From a virus (Duplodnaviria > Caudoviricetes), in the IMG/VR virus record IMGVR_UViG_3300017774_000291, positions 1 to 46,210 of that record: a stretch of DNA of 46,210 nucleotides; one strand, given 5' to 3'. Numbering within the stretch: the stretch's first letter is position 1; the number at the start of each line of letters is the position of its first letter. A model generated the notes under the pieces. The model worked only from the letters and a program-made list of their open reading frames with translations. It did not search any database and had not been told where the DNA came from. Shown in pieces: positions 1 to 10,011 of this stretch. The translations under genes were made by a program, and so were the position numbers.

Positions 1-6
1 ATTTTA

Positions 7-777
7 TCATTCAAGTTCTTTCCTTCTTTCTATCTTTATTACACCTTTATCCCTAGAGTCACATACTTTTTCTATAGGACAAGACTTGCATACCTTAGAA
101 TCTTTTCTATATCCTCTTTCTGGTAATTCTTTATCGTCAAATGCTTTTTTAACCTTACGCATCCAGTCAAAGAAGTAGTCTATAAACTTAACATAGTCTT
201 CATTTGCCACTACTGGTATAACTAATATTTCATGAGTATTCTTATTCTCATAAACAATTGCACCTACTTGTTGCTTTAGTATCTTCATATAAATTAATAG
301 TTGTTCTATATGATATAAACTAGCAGTACCCTTTGCTTTATGATATTCAAAAGCCTCGTTCTTTGTTGTTTTAATTTCAAGAAGAACTAATCTTTCTTCC
401 AACTTCACCATAGCGTCAGCATATCCAAAGATTGGTGGATCTTCATTAACTATCTGTTGCTCACTCCACTCAAGAATTCCTTGAGCCTCTAAAGCACCTT
501 GAATTCTTTCATGACTACTAGATCCTGTATTCATGTTGGCATAATTAATACCTGTATTCTTTTCTTCCCACTCGTTACCTTCAAATGCTAAGTACCAATA
601 TCTTGCACAATGACCATTGCCAAAAACTAATGTTGATGGACTAAATGTTTTCTTTTTCATAAAGCCAGCCTTGCTAGACACCTTCATGTGTCCTTCATGA
701 ATATGATCTGCAATCTTACTTAAATCCATAGTTGGTTCTTTTTTCTTGACCATCTTATTTACTAATCCCTTTGTCAT
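7..777 (-). CDS. Cas4-like PD-(D/E)xK exonuclease with 4-Cys Fe-S motif
   Basis: N-terminal SPS...HCARYWY Cys, GYAD...LEIKT nuclease motifs, QLLIY motif, C-terminal CKSCPIEKVC; sits in a recombination cluster with no CRISPR array. Confidence 0.85.
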   Translation of the reverse strand: MTKGLVNKMVKKKEPTMDLSKIADHIHEGHMKVSSKAGFMKKKTFSPSTLVFGNGHCARYWYLAFEGNEWEEKNTGINYANMNTGSSSHERIQGALEAQGILEWSEQQIVNEDPPIFGYADAMVKLEERLVLLEIKTTKNEAFEYHKAKGTASLYHIEQLLIYMKILKQQVGAIVYENKNTHEILVIPVVANEDYVKFIDYFFDWMRKVKKAFDDKELPERGYRKDSKVCKSCPIEKVCDSRDKGVIKIERRKELE

Positions 778-1091
778 TAAAAGTTCCTTACACTATATTT
801 AAGTGCGTCAACAAGTTTATCTGTTGCTTCTCTAATTGCATAGTACATATTCTTTTTAGCCCTATCGTCTTTCTTTACATGTGAGTACCATGCAGCCATC
901 ATTGCAAATTTTGCAGAGTAGGCTTGTAATTGTGTAATTAGCAGGGTTGCTTTTGCTGCTGGAACGTCTGGATTAACTATTAACTTTGCAACTATACCAA
1001 GTGTTTTTTCAAACTCTTCATCTTGCATATATTCAGACATCTCATTAAAAGATGTTAGTTTATTAAGTAACTCTACCGTTGGTTCCATCAT
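777..1091 (-). CDS. hypothetical helical protein in recombination operon
   Basis: 104-aa ORF overlapping both neighbours (translational coupling). Confidence 0.7.
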   Translation of the reverse strand: MMEPTVELLNKLTSFNEMSEYMQDEEFEKTLGIVAKLIVNPDVPAAKATLLITQLQAYSAKFAMMAAWYSHVKKDDRAKKNMYYAIREATDKLVDALKYSVRNF

Positions 1092-1378
1092 TGCTTCTCT
1101 CTTAACTGTTCAAATACTTCCCACTCAATTATAGCAAGTCTTACCTTTTTGTGCCCTGATCCAAGCACTACCATCAATACTGGATCTTTTTTTCTATCTA
1201 CCTTCATTGTATCTGAGACAATCTTAGCCCAAGAGTCTTGGCTGACAGAGTAGGATTTAGAATATTCTTTGACATCTACAACGAAGTCATCCAACGATCC
1301 GTCAGCCTTGACTGGTCCTCTACCTGAATTGACATGAGGCTTAGCACCAATACGTTTTAGTTCTGAACGCTCACTCAT
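1088..1378 (-). CDS. putative Holliday junction resolvase (PD-(D/E)xK type)
   Basis: E..SGRG..KAD....VDVKE motif; ATG at 1378 overlaps the upstream TGA. Confidence 0.65.
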   Translation of the reverse strand: MSERSELKRIGAKPHVNSGRGPVKADGSLDDFVVDVKEYSKSYSVSQDSWAKIVSDTMKVDRKKDPVLMVVLGSGHKKVRLAIIEWEVFEQLREKQ

Positions 1379-1548
1379 CAATACCCCTTTATGTTAAAAC
1401 TAACTTTAGATAAATGCTTTTCAGCACACATCCACGTTAACTCTTGTGTTTCTTTATACATTCTTGCTGTTGCTGCTATTGCTTTACATGTATGACAAAC
1501 AAATTTACCAGGATATAAGGTATATTTATTATTTAATTGTTGATTCAA
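1378..1548 (-). CDS. small Zn-ribbon protein (56 aa, absent from ORF track)
   Basis: Hand translation MNQQLNNKYTLYPGKFVCHTCKAIAATARMYKETQELTWMCAEKHLSKVSFNIKGY; CxxC plus CxxxH; fills the recA-resolvase gap, TGATG coupling; TTG start uncertain. Confidence 0.7.
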   Translation of the reverse strand: MNQQLNNKYTLYPGKFVCHTCKAIAATARMYKETQELTWMCAEKHLSKVSFNIKGY

Positions 1549-2533
1549 GTTCTTTTAGTTTCTCTGGGTTTTCTTTTAGGTATTCAATTACTTTTGCTCT
1601 ACCCTGTAATCTCTCACCTAGAACTGTATACCAGGCACCACCCTTTTCAATGGTTCCTATAAGTTCTGCGGTATCTACAAGGTCTGCTACCTTATCCACT
1701 CCAATGGTATCTCCATCAAAATAAAAATCATATTCTCCTGCAAGGAATCCTGGCCCAGTCTTATTGAAGTCAATATGCCAGTTAACTTTTCTTCCAACCT
1801 TGCCTTCAATTAATTTATCTCCTACTGTAATCTTTGACTTTAATGCGTTGTTATCAGAATCACTTGACCATAGTTTTACTACGGTGCTAGAGAAAAACTT
1901 AACTGCTAATCCACCTGTTGGCATATGAGATGCATACATTGCACCAATATTATTTCTTAATTGTGATATTAATACTAAAAGTGTTTGACCATCTTGATTA
2001 TTAGCATAGTTAAGCATCTTAACAGCGTTGGTCATATCTTTTGCCTCAGCACCAATTTGCTTAGTGTTCTCTAAAGCCTTTAGTTCATTAGAATCTTTTT
2101 CAAAATAAATAGCAGGTAGCAATGCAGATATAGAGTCTACTACTATGATATCTATCTTTGCTTTCATTAGTTGAGTAGCAACATCTACCATATCATTAAT
2201 AGTTTTAGCAGCAGAGTATACTAATTTATCTGTGTCTACCCCAAGTTTTTTAGCCCACTCTGGATCAAATGATTGCTCTGCATCTATCCATGCACATAAC
2301 TTTCCTTCTTTTTGTGCTTCTCCAATCATCTGTAAACAAAATGATGACTTGCCTGCAGACTTATTGCCCCAAACCAATACTTGTCTTCCGTATGCAAACC
2401 CACCCTTTAGTGCATTGTTAAGACTTATGCTTGGTGTCTTTTGCTTTATAACCTCAACGTCTGTAGCGTTGCTTAATCTTTTTCTTAAACTAGGATCTAG
2501 TTGTGATAAGAACTCTTCTATCTTTATTGACAT
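1529..2533 (-). CDS. recA: RecA/UvsX-like recombinase
   Basis: Walker A GNKSAGKS, WIDAE, IIVVDS, ISQLR, TGGLAVKF, GGAWY motifs. Confidence 0.95.
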   Translation of the reverse strand: MSIKIEEFLSQLDPSLRKRLSNATDVEVIKQKTPSISLNNALKGGFAYGRQVLVWGNKSAGKSSFCLQMIGEAQKEGKLCAWIDAEQSFDPEWAKKLGVDTDKLVYSAAKTINDMVDVATQLMKAKIDIIVVDSISALLPAIYFEKDSNELKALENTKQIGAEAKDMTNAVKMLNYANNQDGQTLLVLISQLRNNIGAMYASHMPTGGLAVKFFSSTVVKLWSSDSDNNALKSKITVGDKLIEGKVGRKVNWHIDFNKTGPGFLAGEYDFYFDGDTIGVDKVADLVDTAELIGTIEKGGAWYTVLGERLQGRAKVIEYLKENPEKLKELESTIK

Positions 2534-5500
2534 TATTTAACTACCTCATTCAGTATTAAGGAACCATCTTCTGATTTTCCAAATGTCATTTTGGATACAG
2601 TTCCTGGCTCACACTTCATATAGCCTTCAGAAAATTGTCTAGGAAAAACTATAATAGGTTTCATTTCACGATCAGAATTAACAACAATCATATGAGCCAT
2701 TTTCTTTCCAGCCTTAGTTACTCTAGGTTTAAATGATAGCACATAATACTCTTCTCCGCTATACGGCAAAGACTTGTAATTTAAAAATTTAACTAAACTA
2801 TTTTTACCAAAGTTTTTAATCTCATCTACTATGATTGCTTCACTAATCCTATTAGCACCAACTAAGAACAGATATGTCTTTCCCTGCTCAATTCTAGTTT
2901 CTTCGTCATCAAATACTCCAAGCATTCCTGTGGCATCCATGATTTCTATCCTTGACCAGCCCTTACCTCTTTTAATGTTTTTAACTACACCCATAATAAT
3001 GTGAACATTGGTTTCATCAAAATCCTCAATGTCATCTATATATGCGTAGTAGTGAGGTGGAACGCTAGTTGTAAATTCTGGTAGGTTTAAATATTCATAC
3101 AAGTTTTCTTTAACCACACTTTCTTGTCTAAGGTTATCTGGAAATGCTAATGCTCCTATTGCGTTTAGTGCTTGAACTGCTCTAACATTAATCCCACTGC
3201 CTTTTTTAGAAGCAAGAGAAGAAAATTCTTGATATGTTTTATATGGTCTATAGGCCATGATCTTTGAAGATACTCCATCTGATATCCACTTTATAGATGA
3301 TAGTCCAACACGAATACCTTTTCCTTCTATTGTAAAATCTGATTCAGACTCATTAACGTGTGGCAATCTTATTGCGATACCCATTCTTTTTGCTTCAATT
3401 AAATACTCAGTTCTTGCATCTTTGTCTTGCTCGTTTCTTAATAAACAATACATAAATTCAATTGGGTAGTAATATTTTAACCAAGCAGTCCAGTAAGACA
3501 ACATTGAGTATGCTACTGCATGTGATTTATTAAACGAGTAACCCGCATGAGCCTCAAAATCGTGCCACAATGCCTCTGCCTTAAATGGTGTAACGTGTTT
3601 GGATGCACCAACAACAAATCTATCCTTAAACTCATCAAATTCTTTTGCATCTTTTTTCTTTCCAATAATTTTACGAACCTTGTCTGCTTCTGACATTGTC
3701 ATTCCACCAAGATGTACACAAGCCTGCATAACTTGTTCCTGATACAGAACGCATCCATAAGTATCTTTTGTGTATTCTTGCATAATAGGATGAACATACT
3801 CTGTTATTGTTTTACCAGTTTTTCTAGAAAGATATGTTTTACCAATAGTGTTCATTGCACCTGGTCTTACTAAAGCATTTGATGCAGCAAGTTCATCTAG
3901 ATTAGATACTCCCATTTTAACAAGAAGATTTGTATATGGAGTTGCTTCGCATTGAAATACTCCCTTGGTTCTACCATCAGAAAGCATTTCATAAACTTTC
4001 TTATCATTTAAATCAATACTGTTTAACTTAATATCTATCTTGTGTCTTTTCTTAATAGACTTAATTGTTTCATCAATTACAGTCAAAGTTTTTAATCCAA
4101 GAACATCTAACTTGATAAGTCCAATATCTGCTGCTTCGTTCATGTCTACTGCGACTACCGGTATGCGATCCTTTGTTCCGGGTGCAACTCTTGTTTCTAA
4201 TGGTGCATATTTAAAAATAGGTTCTTTTGCTGTAACCACTCCAGCAGCATGAATACCAGTTCCACGTATTCTCCCACGTAACTGCTCTCCGTACTTAACA
4301 ACTTCTGGATATTTCATTCTAAACCATTGTGCTGACTTGCTTGTTGTAAAGTCATCCCAGTCATCAACATTTTTTAATACTTTATTTACGTCTGATAATG
4401 GAACGTTGAATGCTCTAGAAACATCTCTAACAATACCTTTACCCTTGAATTCTAAGAATGTAGCAATAGATGCAACGTTTTTATATTCTGCCTCAAGATA
4501 CGCTTTGACCTCATCGCGTCTATTGTCTGCAATATCTGAATCAATATCTGGAAAGTCATTACGGTCTGGGTTTACGAATCTAAAAAAAAGTAGGCCGTAT
4601 TTAATTGGATCTACATCTGTGATTCCAAGCACGTAGCAAACTAATGAGCCAGCCGCTGATCCGCGACCTGGACCAACTAGTATGCCTTGAGACTTGGCCC
4701 AGTTAAGCATATTAGAAACAATTAAAAAATAGGGTGAAAAATTTTTATCTCTAATAATATCTAGTTCTTCTTGCATTCTTTCTTTATATTCTGGAATATC
4801 ATATAGTCCTTTTTCTACCATTCCCTTTATTGCTAAATCAACAAGACCCATATGTGGATCATCTATTTTTGTAGGTAGCAAGTCTAATCCAGATTTAATA
4901 TCATATTCTTCTATCTTGTCTGCTATATCTAATGAGTTAGTATAGATATCTTCTCTCTTAATACCCTGCATATTCATCTGTTGTTTCATTTCTTCATATG
5001 AAAGCAAGTGGATATCAAAAGATCTAAATGACATTTGTCTATCTGGTCCATAAAGATAATCTAAACGCTTCATCATGTCATCTATCTTTTGAGACTTATC
5101 AAACTTGGCTTGCTTATCTAACTTAGCATGAGTATTTAATAACAACATAATTTCTTGTACAACTTTTTGATCAACCGTAGAATGATGACAATCTGGAGTA
5201 ACAACTGATTTAATCTCCATGCTGTCTGCAATTTCTAACAATTCATTGTTCAACTCTCTAGAGTTATGTGGCATAACCTCTACATAAAAATCATCTTTAA
5301 ATACATCTTTAAACCACTTTAAAATTCTTTTGGCTTCTGCATATTCTTTATTCTCTAATGCTTTTGCAATAAAGCCAGACATGCATGCTGATAAAACAAT
5401 TAGTCCATCTTTATATTTTTCTAATATTTCAAAATCAATTCTAGGTTTTTTATAAAATCCTTCTGTCCATGCTATTTCATTTAGTCTATTTAAATTTTCT

Positions 5501-5808
5501 AATCCTTGTTGGTTTTTAGCAAGAATAACAATATGATTATATGTTAAATCTAAAGGACCATTTCTTTCAGACTTATCTCTTTTATCAAATCTATCATGAG
5601 TCATATAGCCTTCTATACCAAGAATTGGCTTTATACCCTGGGCTTTTGCTGCACGATACATTGGACGATGTCCAGATAGTGCACCGTGATCTGTAATGGC
5701 TATGGCTGTCATACCGTTTTCTTTTGCACGTTTGCAATACTCTTCTGGAGTTGCAACACCATCCATTAATGAATAGTGTGTATGAACGTGTAATGGAACG
5801 TAATTCAA
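2533..5808 (-). CDS. dnaE: DNA polymerase III alpha subunit (DnaE-like)
   Basis: PHP motif LHVHTHYSLMDG, TDHG, GPGRGSAAGS, PDIDSD, HAAG, KLDVLGL, GYSFNKSHA; TTG start with AAAGG 7 nt upstream. Confidence 0.97.
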   Translation of the reverse strand: MNYVPLHVHTHYSLMDGVATPEEYCKRAKENGMTAIAITDHGALSGHRPMYRAAKAQGIKPILGIEGYMTHDRFDKRDKSERNGPLDLTYNHIVILAKNQQGLENLNRLNEIAWTEGFYKKPRIDFEILEKYKDGLIVLSACMSGFIAKALENKEYAEAKRILKWFKDVFKDDFYVEVMPHNSRELNNELLEIADSMEIKSVVTPDCHHSTVDQKVVQEIMLLLNTHAKLDKQAKFDKSQKIDDMMKRLDYLYGPDRQMSFRSFDIHLLSYEEMKQQMNMQGIKREDIYTNSLDIADKIEEYDIKSGLDLLPTKIDDPHMGLVDLAIKGMVEKGLYDIPEYKERMQEELDIIRDKNFSPYFLIVSNMLNWAKSQGILVGPGRGSAAGSLVCYVLGITDVDPIKYGLLFFRFVNPDRNDFPDIDSDIADNRRDEVKAYLEAEYKNVASIATFLEFKGKGIVRDVSRAFNVPLSDVNKVLKNVDDWDDFTTSKSAQWFRMKYPEVVKYGEQLRGRIRGTGIHAAGVVTAKEPIFKYAPLETRVAPGTKDRIPVVAVDMNEAADIGLIKLDVLGLKTLTVIDETIKSIKKRHKIDIKLNSIDLNDKKVYEMLSDGRTKGVFQCEATPYTNLLVKMGVSNLDELAASNALVRPGAMNTIGKTYLSRKTGKTITEYVHPIMQEYTKDTYGCVLYQEQVMQACVHLGGMTMSEADKVRKIIGKKKDAKEFDEFKDRFVVGASKHVTPFKAEALWHDFEAHAGYSFNKSHAVAYSMLSYWTAWLKYYYPIEFMYCLLRNEQDKDARTEYLIEAKRMGIAIRLPHVNESESDFTIEGKGIRVGLSSIKWISDGVSSKIMAYRPYKTYQEFSSLASKKGSGINVRAVQALNAIGALAFPDNLRQESVVKENLYEYLNLPEFTTSVPPHYYAYIDDIEDFDETNVHIIMGVVKNIKRGKGWSRIEIMDATGMLGVFDDEETRIEQGKTYLFLVGANRISEAIIVDEIKNFGKNSLVKFLNYKSLPYSGEEYYVLSFKPRVTKAGKKMAHMIVVNSDREMKPIIVFPRQFSEGYMKCEPGTVSKMTFGKSEDGSLILNEVVK

Positions 5809-5835
5809 GCCATAGCCTTTCAGATTATTTTCTGT

Positions 5836-6486
5836 TTACCACTCTGCTGCTGCAGATGTGGTTGGGTTATTAAACCCTAAATAAAACGCTTCTTGCTCTG
5901 CGTAAGGAAGTTCACGAATAACCTTATCTAAATCAAAGGCTTCATGTGATCCCCAGTTAAATGATTCTGGATCTTGTTTTCCTGGAAGAAGGATGTATGT
6001 TGTTTCAGTACCCTTTCCATTTCTTTTTAATTTCCAGACCATGTTGCTTAGGCTACTTGAGTCTGCTGCAAATTCACGAATAGTACTGAATGTAGCAGTT
6101 TTGCTAACACCCATACTCCAAACTGCAACCTTTGGCTCATCCGTTCCATTGTCAACTAATACGTTGCAATAAAAACGAAGACGTGCTCTCCATCCGCTCT
6201 TTGGTTCTTTGCGATACATTTCACAACCAAAACAACGACCTTGAGTATCAGTAGTGCATGCTGCTTTTCTCTTATAGTCTTCTGGATTAGTATGTTCACT
6301 TAGAACAATTGCAAGACCACGTTTTTCTTCATAACTTGGTGAGTCTGCATCTAGTTCACTTACAAAGCGAATTTGTACACTTTGTCCATCATCTATCTTA
6401 AGCCAATTAACTTTGGCACCACTATTTTCCATTTTAGTTCTATCAAGAATTGCTTCTATATTCTTGAGTCCTTTTATAATTGCCAT
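5836..6486 (-). CDS. single-stranded DNA-binding protein, T4 gp32-like
   Basis: His..Cys..CxxC Zn-site spacing like gp32, KRNGKGTETTY motif, terminal Trp, position between primase and polymerase, AAGGAG SD. Confidence 0.7.
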   Translation of the reverse strand: MAIIKGLKNIEAILDRTKMENSGAKVNWLKIDDGQSVQIRFVSELDADSPSYEEKRGLAIVLSEHTNPEDYKRKAACTTDTQGRCFGCEMYRKEPKSGWRARLRFYCNVLVDNGTDEPKVAVWSMGVSKTATFSTIREFAADSSSLSNMVWKLKRNGKGTETTYILLPGKQDPESFNWGSHEAFDLDKVIRELPYAEQEAFYLGFNNPTTSAAAEW

Positions 6487-6523
6487 ATTTCTCCTTAGTA
6501 TTTGTCCTGTAAATGGACTTACC

Positions 6524-7480
6524 TTATTGTAGCATTGACAGCACTATGTTGTCAAATCTTGCTACAAATTCTTTTAATTGATTATCAGACAATTCAGACA
6601 CATCTTTTACGCCTTCTGGAAGTTTAGCCACCACACATTTTTCTGTTCCAAGATCTGTAATTAATTTATTAGACATATTTGTTCCAGCATCATCATTATC
6701 TCCTAATGCAACTATTTGATTAAAATACTGCTTTAATAGTTTTCTTTGTTCTTTTGATATCGTTGCACCTAAAGTAGCAACTGCATGAACTCCTATCTGC
6801 TCTAGTCTAATAGCATCGAATGAAGACTCAACAACAAATATCTTATCTACTCTTTTGTTTCTCCATAGATTAAATAGGGTTTTACTCTTTGGCAGATCCT
6901 GTGTATTTTTAAATACCTTTCCCTCTATTGATCTACCCACAAAACCTATGCAGGTTCCATCTGGAGAATGAACAGGGATAGTAACCATGTCTTGACTTAA
7001 AGAGTATCCTAGTTTATACTTCTCAACGCTTTCTTTAGTAATGTTTCTATTAGAATAATACTTAATTGCTCTTTCGCTTTCAAACACATTTTTATGTAAC
7101 TGTTCTATAGACTCTAATGAATACTGCTTAAACATTACCTTCTTTTCTAGACTACCACTTAATTGATCAACTAAATTTCTAGTGTCTGCTTTTGAATCTA
7201 TTAATCTCATTGCTTCAAAATAAGATCTCTTGCTTATATGCATAATTACTTCTACTAAAGTTTTAGATTCTTGACATGAGAAACACCAAAATATTCCTGT
7301 TTCTTTAGATACCTCTCCTGCTGGAGATCTATAATTATTATGAAAGGGACAAAAAATCATTAAGTCATTATCTAATTCGTACTGTATGTCAACGCCAGCA
7401 GTTACAAGACTTCGCTTGACTTGCTCTTCTGAGTAATAGGTAACATTATCGCGGTGTTCTTGTCTATTCCTGCTATACAC
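6524..7480 (-). CDS. dnaG: DNA primase (CHC2 Zn finger + TOPRIM)
   Basis: CPFH...WCFSC Zn finger, GFVGR, VVESSFD, GDNDDAG, KDVSE. Confidence 0.92.
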   Translation of the reverse strand: MYSRNRQEHRDNVTYYSEEQVKRSLVTAGVDIQYELDNDLMIFCPFHNNYRSPAGEVSKETGIFWCFSCQESKTLVEVIMHISKRSYFEAMRLIDSKADTRNLVDQLSGSLEKKVMFKQYSLESIEQLHKNVFESERAIKYYSNRNITKESVEKYKLGYSLSQDMVTIPVHSPDGTCIGFVGRSIEGKVFKNTQDLPKSKTLFNLWRNKRVDKIFVVESSFDAIRLEQIGVHAVATLGATISKEQRKLLKQYFNQIVALGDNDDAGTNMSNKLITDLGTEKCVVAKLPEGVKDVSELSDNQLKEFVARFDNIVLSMLQ

Positions 7481-7713
7481 TTTGCTCTATCCTTGCCAAC
7501 GTATACCCCATATACTGATAGTCTAAATTGAAATGCTTTACCATTATATAACAATGTAAAGTCTGTGTCAACATCATACCTAGGAACGTATCCACTACTT
7601 CTCATAGCAGACTCAAGCATAAGGATGTATTGCTCTTTTAATCTAATAATTTGAGAATCATCGTAGATCTCGCCTTCTAGATCAAATTTTTTAATTGATT
7701 TATGGTTATACAT
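7402..7713 (-). CDS. hypothetical protein
   Basis: 103-aa ORF between helicase and primase; TATAAT 6 nt upstream of its ATG. Confidence 0.7.
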   Translation of the reverse strand: MYNHKSIKKFDLEGEIYDDSQIIRLKEQYILMLESAMRSSGYVPRYDVDTDFTLLYNGKAFQFRLSVYGVYVGKDRAKCIAGIDKNTAIMLPITQKSKSSEVL

Positions 7714-7719
7714 ATAATA

Positions 7720-7725
7720 ATTATA
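7720..7725 (-). promoter_or_regulatory. -10 box (TATAAT) positioned for a leaderless transcript
   Basis: TATAAT-tattat-ATG, no SD in the 20-nt gap. Confidence 0.5.
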
Positions 7726-7733
7726 TACTTAGA

Positions 7734-8960
7734 TTAAGATTTATCCTCAAAGTCTTTGTATATAAATCTACCGGAATCAAAGTCAACATCTATCATAAAG
7801 TCTCCAGAGAAGCCGTGTCTATTCTTTCTAAAGGCACACTCTAGGATTGTTGTACCTTGTGCACGACCTAATGCTAGCACCCAGTCTGCATCATATGCTA
7901 ATTGTTTTGACCATGCTACCTGACCTAGTGATGGAACGCTATTCATATCTGTAGCATCGTCTGGAGTTGCTGATGCAATTGCAACAATAGGAACCTGTGC
8001 AGATATAGAAAGAACTTTTAGTTCTCTAGAAATACTTTTAATTTTTACAACTTCATTGTCTGTTGGCGTATTTGATTGCATCAATTGAATATAATCAACA
8101 AATACAATATCTGGAGAGTATTGATCTATCTTTCCTCTTAATACAGAAGTAGATAATTCTCCTATACCGTCATTCGAAACAATATGAAATGGTGGCATGT
8201 TAGATAAATGTTGCTTACCCCAAATATTAAATGATTCTTCGTCTACTTGTCCGGATGTAAGTTTTCTATGTGAAAACATTCCTTGACCCATAATAGTATA
8301 GACACGATTTCTAACCTCTGTCTCTGTCATTTCAAGAGATATAACTAGTGGCTTTCTTCCGTTCTTCCATGCTTGTACAGCCATAAAAAGTGCAAGCCAA
8401 GATTTACCAATAGCAGGATAGGCAAGAAGAATACCAAACTGACCAGGAGTAATTCCAGCAGGAAGATAGTTGTCAAACCCAGCAAGACCTGTTTTAATAC
8501 CATAATTCCCCTTTTCGTTTAATTCTTTAACATGCTGAAAGTGTGCTATTGCATCTTCTATGTCTGTAGCATCAACATCTCTAATGTTAGCAGTGATCTT
8601 TTTTAATTCTGAAGTTTTACTAATTAAGTTATTTAAAGCATCATTTGGTTTATTATCTTGTAATTGTTTTGCTGTAGACATCAAGACATTGCTTAGACTG
8701 TCTTGCAAGTACGAAGTTCTTAGTTCTTCTAAATGATGCTTAGTATTTCCTATTTCTCCAACAGGATCAAAGTCTCTAAATTTTTCTACTACCAAAGGTA
8801 TTGATGGAACTACAGAATTTTGTTCACTATATTGTTTTATGAATTCCCATACATCTTTATGAGTTCTAAATAAACTATCTGGATTTGCTTGTAATAATAC
8901 ATGTAGTTGTTTATCTTTCAATACCGCTGAAAGTACTTTGGCTTCTAATTCTGCAGACAC
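7734..8960 (-). CDS. dnaB: DnaB-like replicative helicase
   Basis: AYPAIGKS Walker A, ISLEM, VFVDYIQLM, ISRELK, YDAD, KNRHG; GTG at 8960 overlapping the upstream stop preferred over 8972. Confidence 0.95.
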   Translation of the reverse strand: MSAELEAKVLSAVLKDKQLHVLLQANPDSLFRTHKDVWEFIKQYSEQNSVVPSIPLVVEKFRDFDPVGEIGNTKHHLEELRTSYLQDSLSNVLMSTAKQLQDNKPNDALNNLISKTSELKKITANIRDVDATDIEDAIAHFQHVKELNEKGNYGIKTGLAGFDNYLPAGITPGQFGILLAYPAIGKSWLALFMAVQAWKNGRKPLVISLEMTETEVRNRVYTIMGQGMFSHRKLTSGQVDEESFNIWGKQHLSNMPPFHIVSNDGIGELSTSVLRGKIDQYSPDIVFVDYIQLMQSNTPTDNEVVKIKSISRELKVLSISAQVPIVAIASATPDDATDMNSVPSLGQVAWSKQLAYDADWVLALGRAQGTTILECAFRKNRHGFSGDFMIDVDFDSGRFIYKDFEDKS

Positions 8961-9262
8961 TACTTTAACCACTCTTTCGCTTGTTCACGCATTATTGCAC
9001 GAACCCTGTCGTCTTCTTCTTTTAACTTCTTTGCTGAATATATTTTATTTGCATTATATGCAAACCACTTCCATGTTGGACTTGCACTTACTACAAAGTA
9101 ATATTCTATCAAATCATAACAGCCTTGTAAAGTGTAAGACTGGATCAATGAATCAGCAACCCACTGTTCTACGTGCATATTCATCGTGTCGTCTAAACCT
9201 TTATCTTTTAGACGTTTTCTAAACTTAGTAAGAAGTGCAAATTTTTCTTGCTTGCTAATCAC
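8960..9262 (-). CDS. hypothetical protein (possible helicase loader/initiator partner)
   Basis: coupled directly upstream of dnaB; function inferred from position only. Confidence 0.6.
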   Translation of the reverse strand: MISKQEKFALLTKFRKRLKDKGLDDTMNMHVEQWVADSLIQSYTLQGCYDLIEYYFVVSASPTWKWFAYNANKIYSAKKLKEEDDRVRAIMREQAKEWLK

Positions 9263-9462
9263 TATTCTAGTTCTTTCTTAGCCTCATCTACTTTGGCTAC
9301 AACTTGATCTTCAACAAATTTATAAACACGATCCATTGCTGAATCCATTGTTTCGCCATCTCTTAAGAAATCTGTGCATCCAAGATCTACTCTTAGACTT
9401 TGAAAATTACCAAGGTTTAAAGTATAGCCAAGAGTTACTGATACTGTTGTTTTGTCAGACAT
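9262..9462 (-). CDS. hypothetical phage protein
   Basis: 66 aa, YTLNLGNFQSLRVD motif, coupled to neighbour. Confidence 0.7.
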   Translation of the reverse strand: MSDKTTVSVTLGYTLNLGNFQSLRVDLGCTDFLRDGETMDSAMDRVYKFVEDQVVAKVDEAKKELE

Positions 9463-9465
9463 AAT

Positions 9466-10011
9466 TCACCACGTTTCTTCTGCCCAAACAGGGATAAATT
9501 CCCCATTTTTATTTTGCGTATATAACATAATAGCATCTCCTATCAAAGAACGCAACTCTTTTTCAGTAGGAATATTTTTTCTAGGAGTAATCCTTCCATC
9601 CTTTCTTGGCCTTCCTGAATGAATATGAGACATTGCCTCACGAATCATAAATAAATCTTCTTCTGAATAGTAGGACATCTTTTGCCAAACTCTTTTCCCA
9701 CCTGGAACTGCACCTGTTGGGGGCAAAATAATTTCACTCTTTATCATTCTTTCAAACTGTACTCTAGATCTTGCAAATATTTTAGTTATACTCATAAATG
9801 TATATGCTTTTTTTCTATGTTTTTTAAAATCAGACAAGATCATACTCTGTTCTTTATCTTGTATATAGTTATATATAGTACAAATATTTGATGCTCTATT
9901 AGAATGTATAAGTCTTACCAGATCGCCATTTATAAAAAATATAATACTGCTAGGTTTTACAGATGACTGCCATTCTTTTTTGCTCTTTCTCTTTCCTGCT
10001 GCATTATCCAT
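9466..10011 (-). CDS. putative DNA-binding protein (HTH-like, basic GRPRK segment)
   Basis: basic protein; YTF..I..IF.RS..L.P..YYSEED pattern reminiscent of MerR-type HTH. Confidence 0.5.
   Translation of the reverse strand: MDNAAGKRKSKKEWQSSVKPSSIIFFINGDLVRLIHSNRASNICTIYNYIQDKEQSMILSDFKKHRKKAYTFMSITKIFARSRVQFERMIKSEIILPPTGAVPGGKRVWQKMSYYSEEDLFMIREAMSHIHSGRPRKDGRITPRKNIPTEKELRSLIGDAIMLYTQNKNGEFIPVWAEETW

Noticed and set aside
7-777. Cas4 as evidence of a CRISPR-Cas system
   Set aside because: No cas1/cas2 and no repeat-spacer array seen; context is recombination
5805-5813. ATG-GCT-TGA minigene overlapping the dnaE TTG start
   Set aside because: The SD is only 2 nt from this ATG but 7 nt from the TTG; probably chance
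6504-6518. GTCC/GGAC hairpin upstream of the SSB gene as a gp32-like autoregulatory element
   Set aside because: A 4-bp stem is too weak to support a claim
9590-9620. GRPRK as an AT-hook binding the A/T tract
   Set aside because: Lacks the full RGRP core and is a single copy; the link is unsupported
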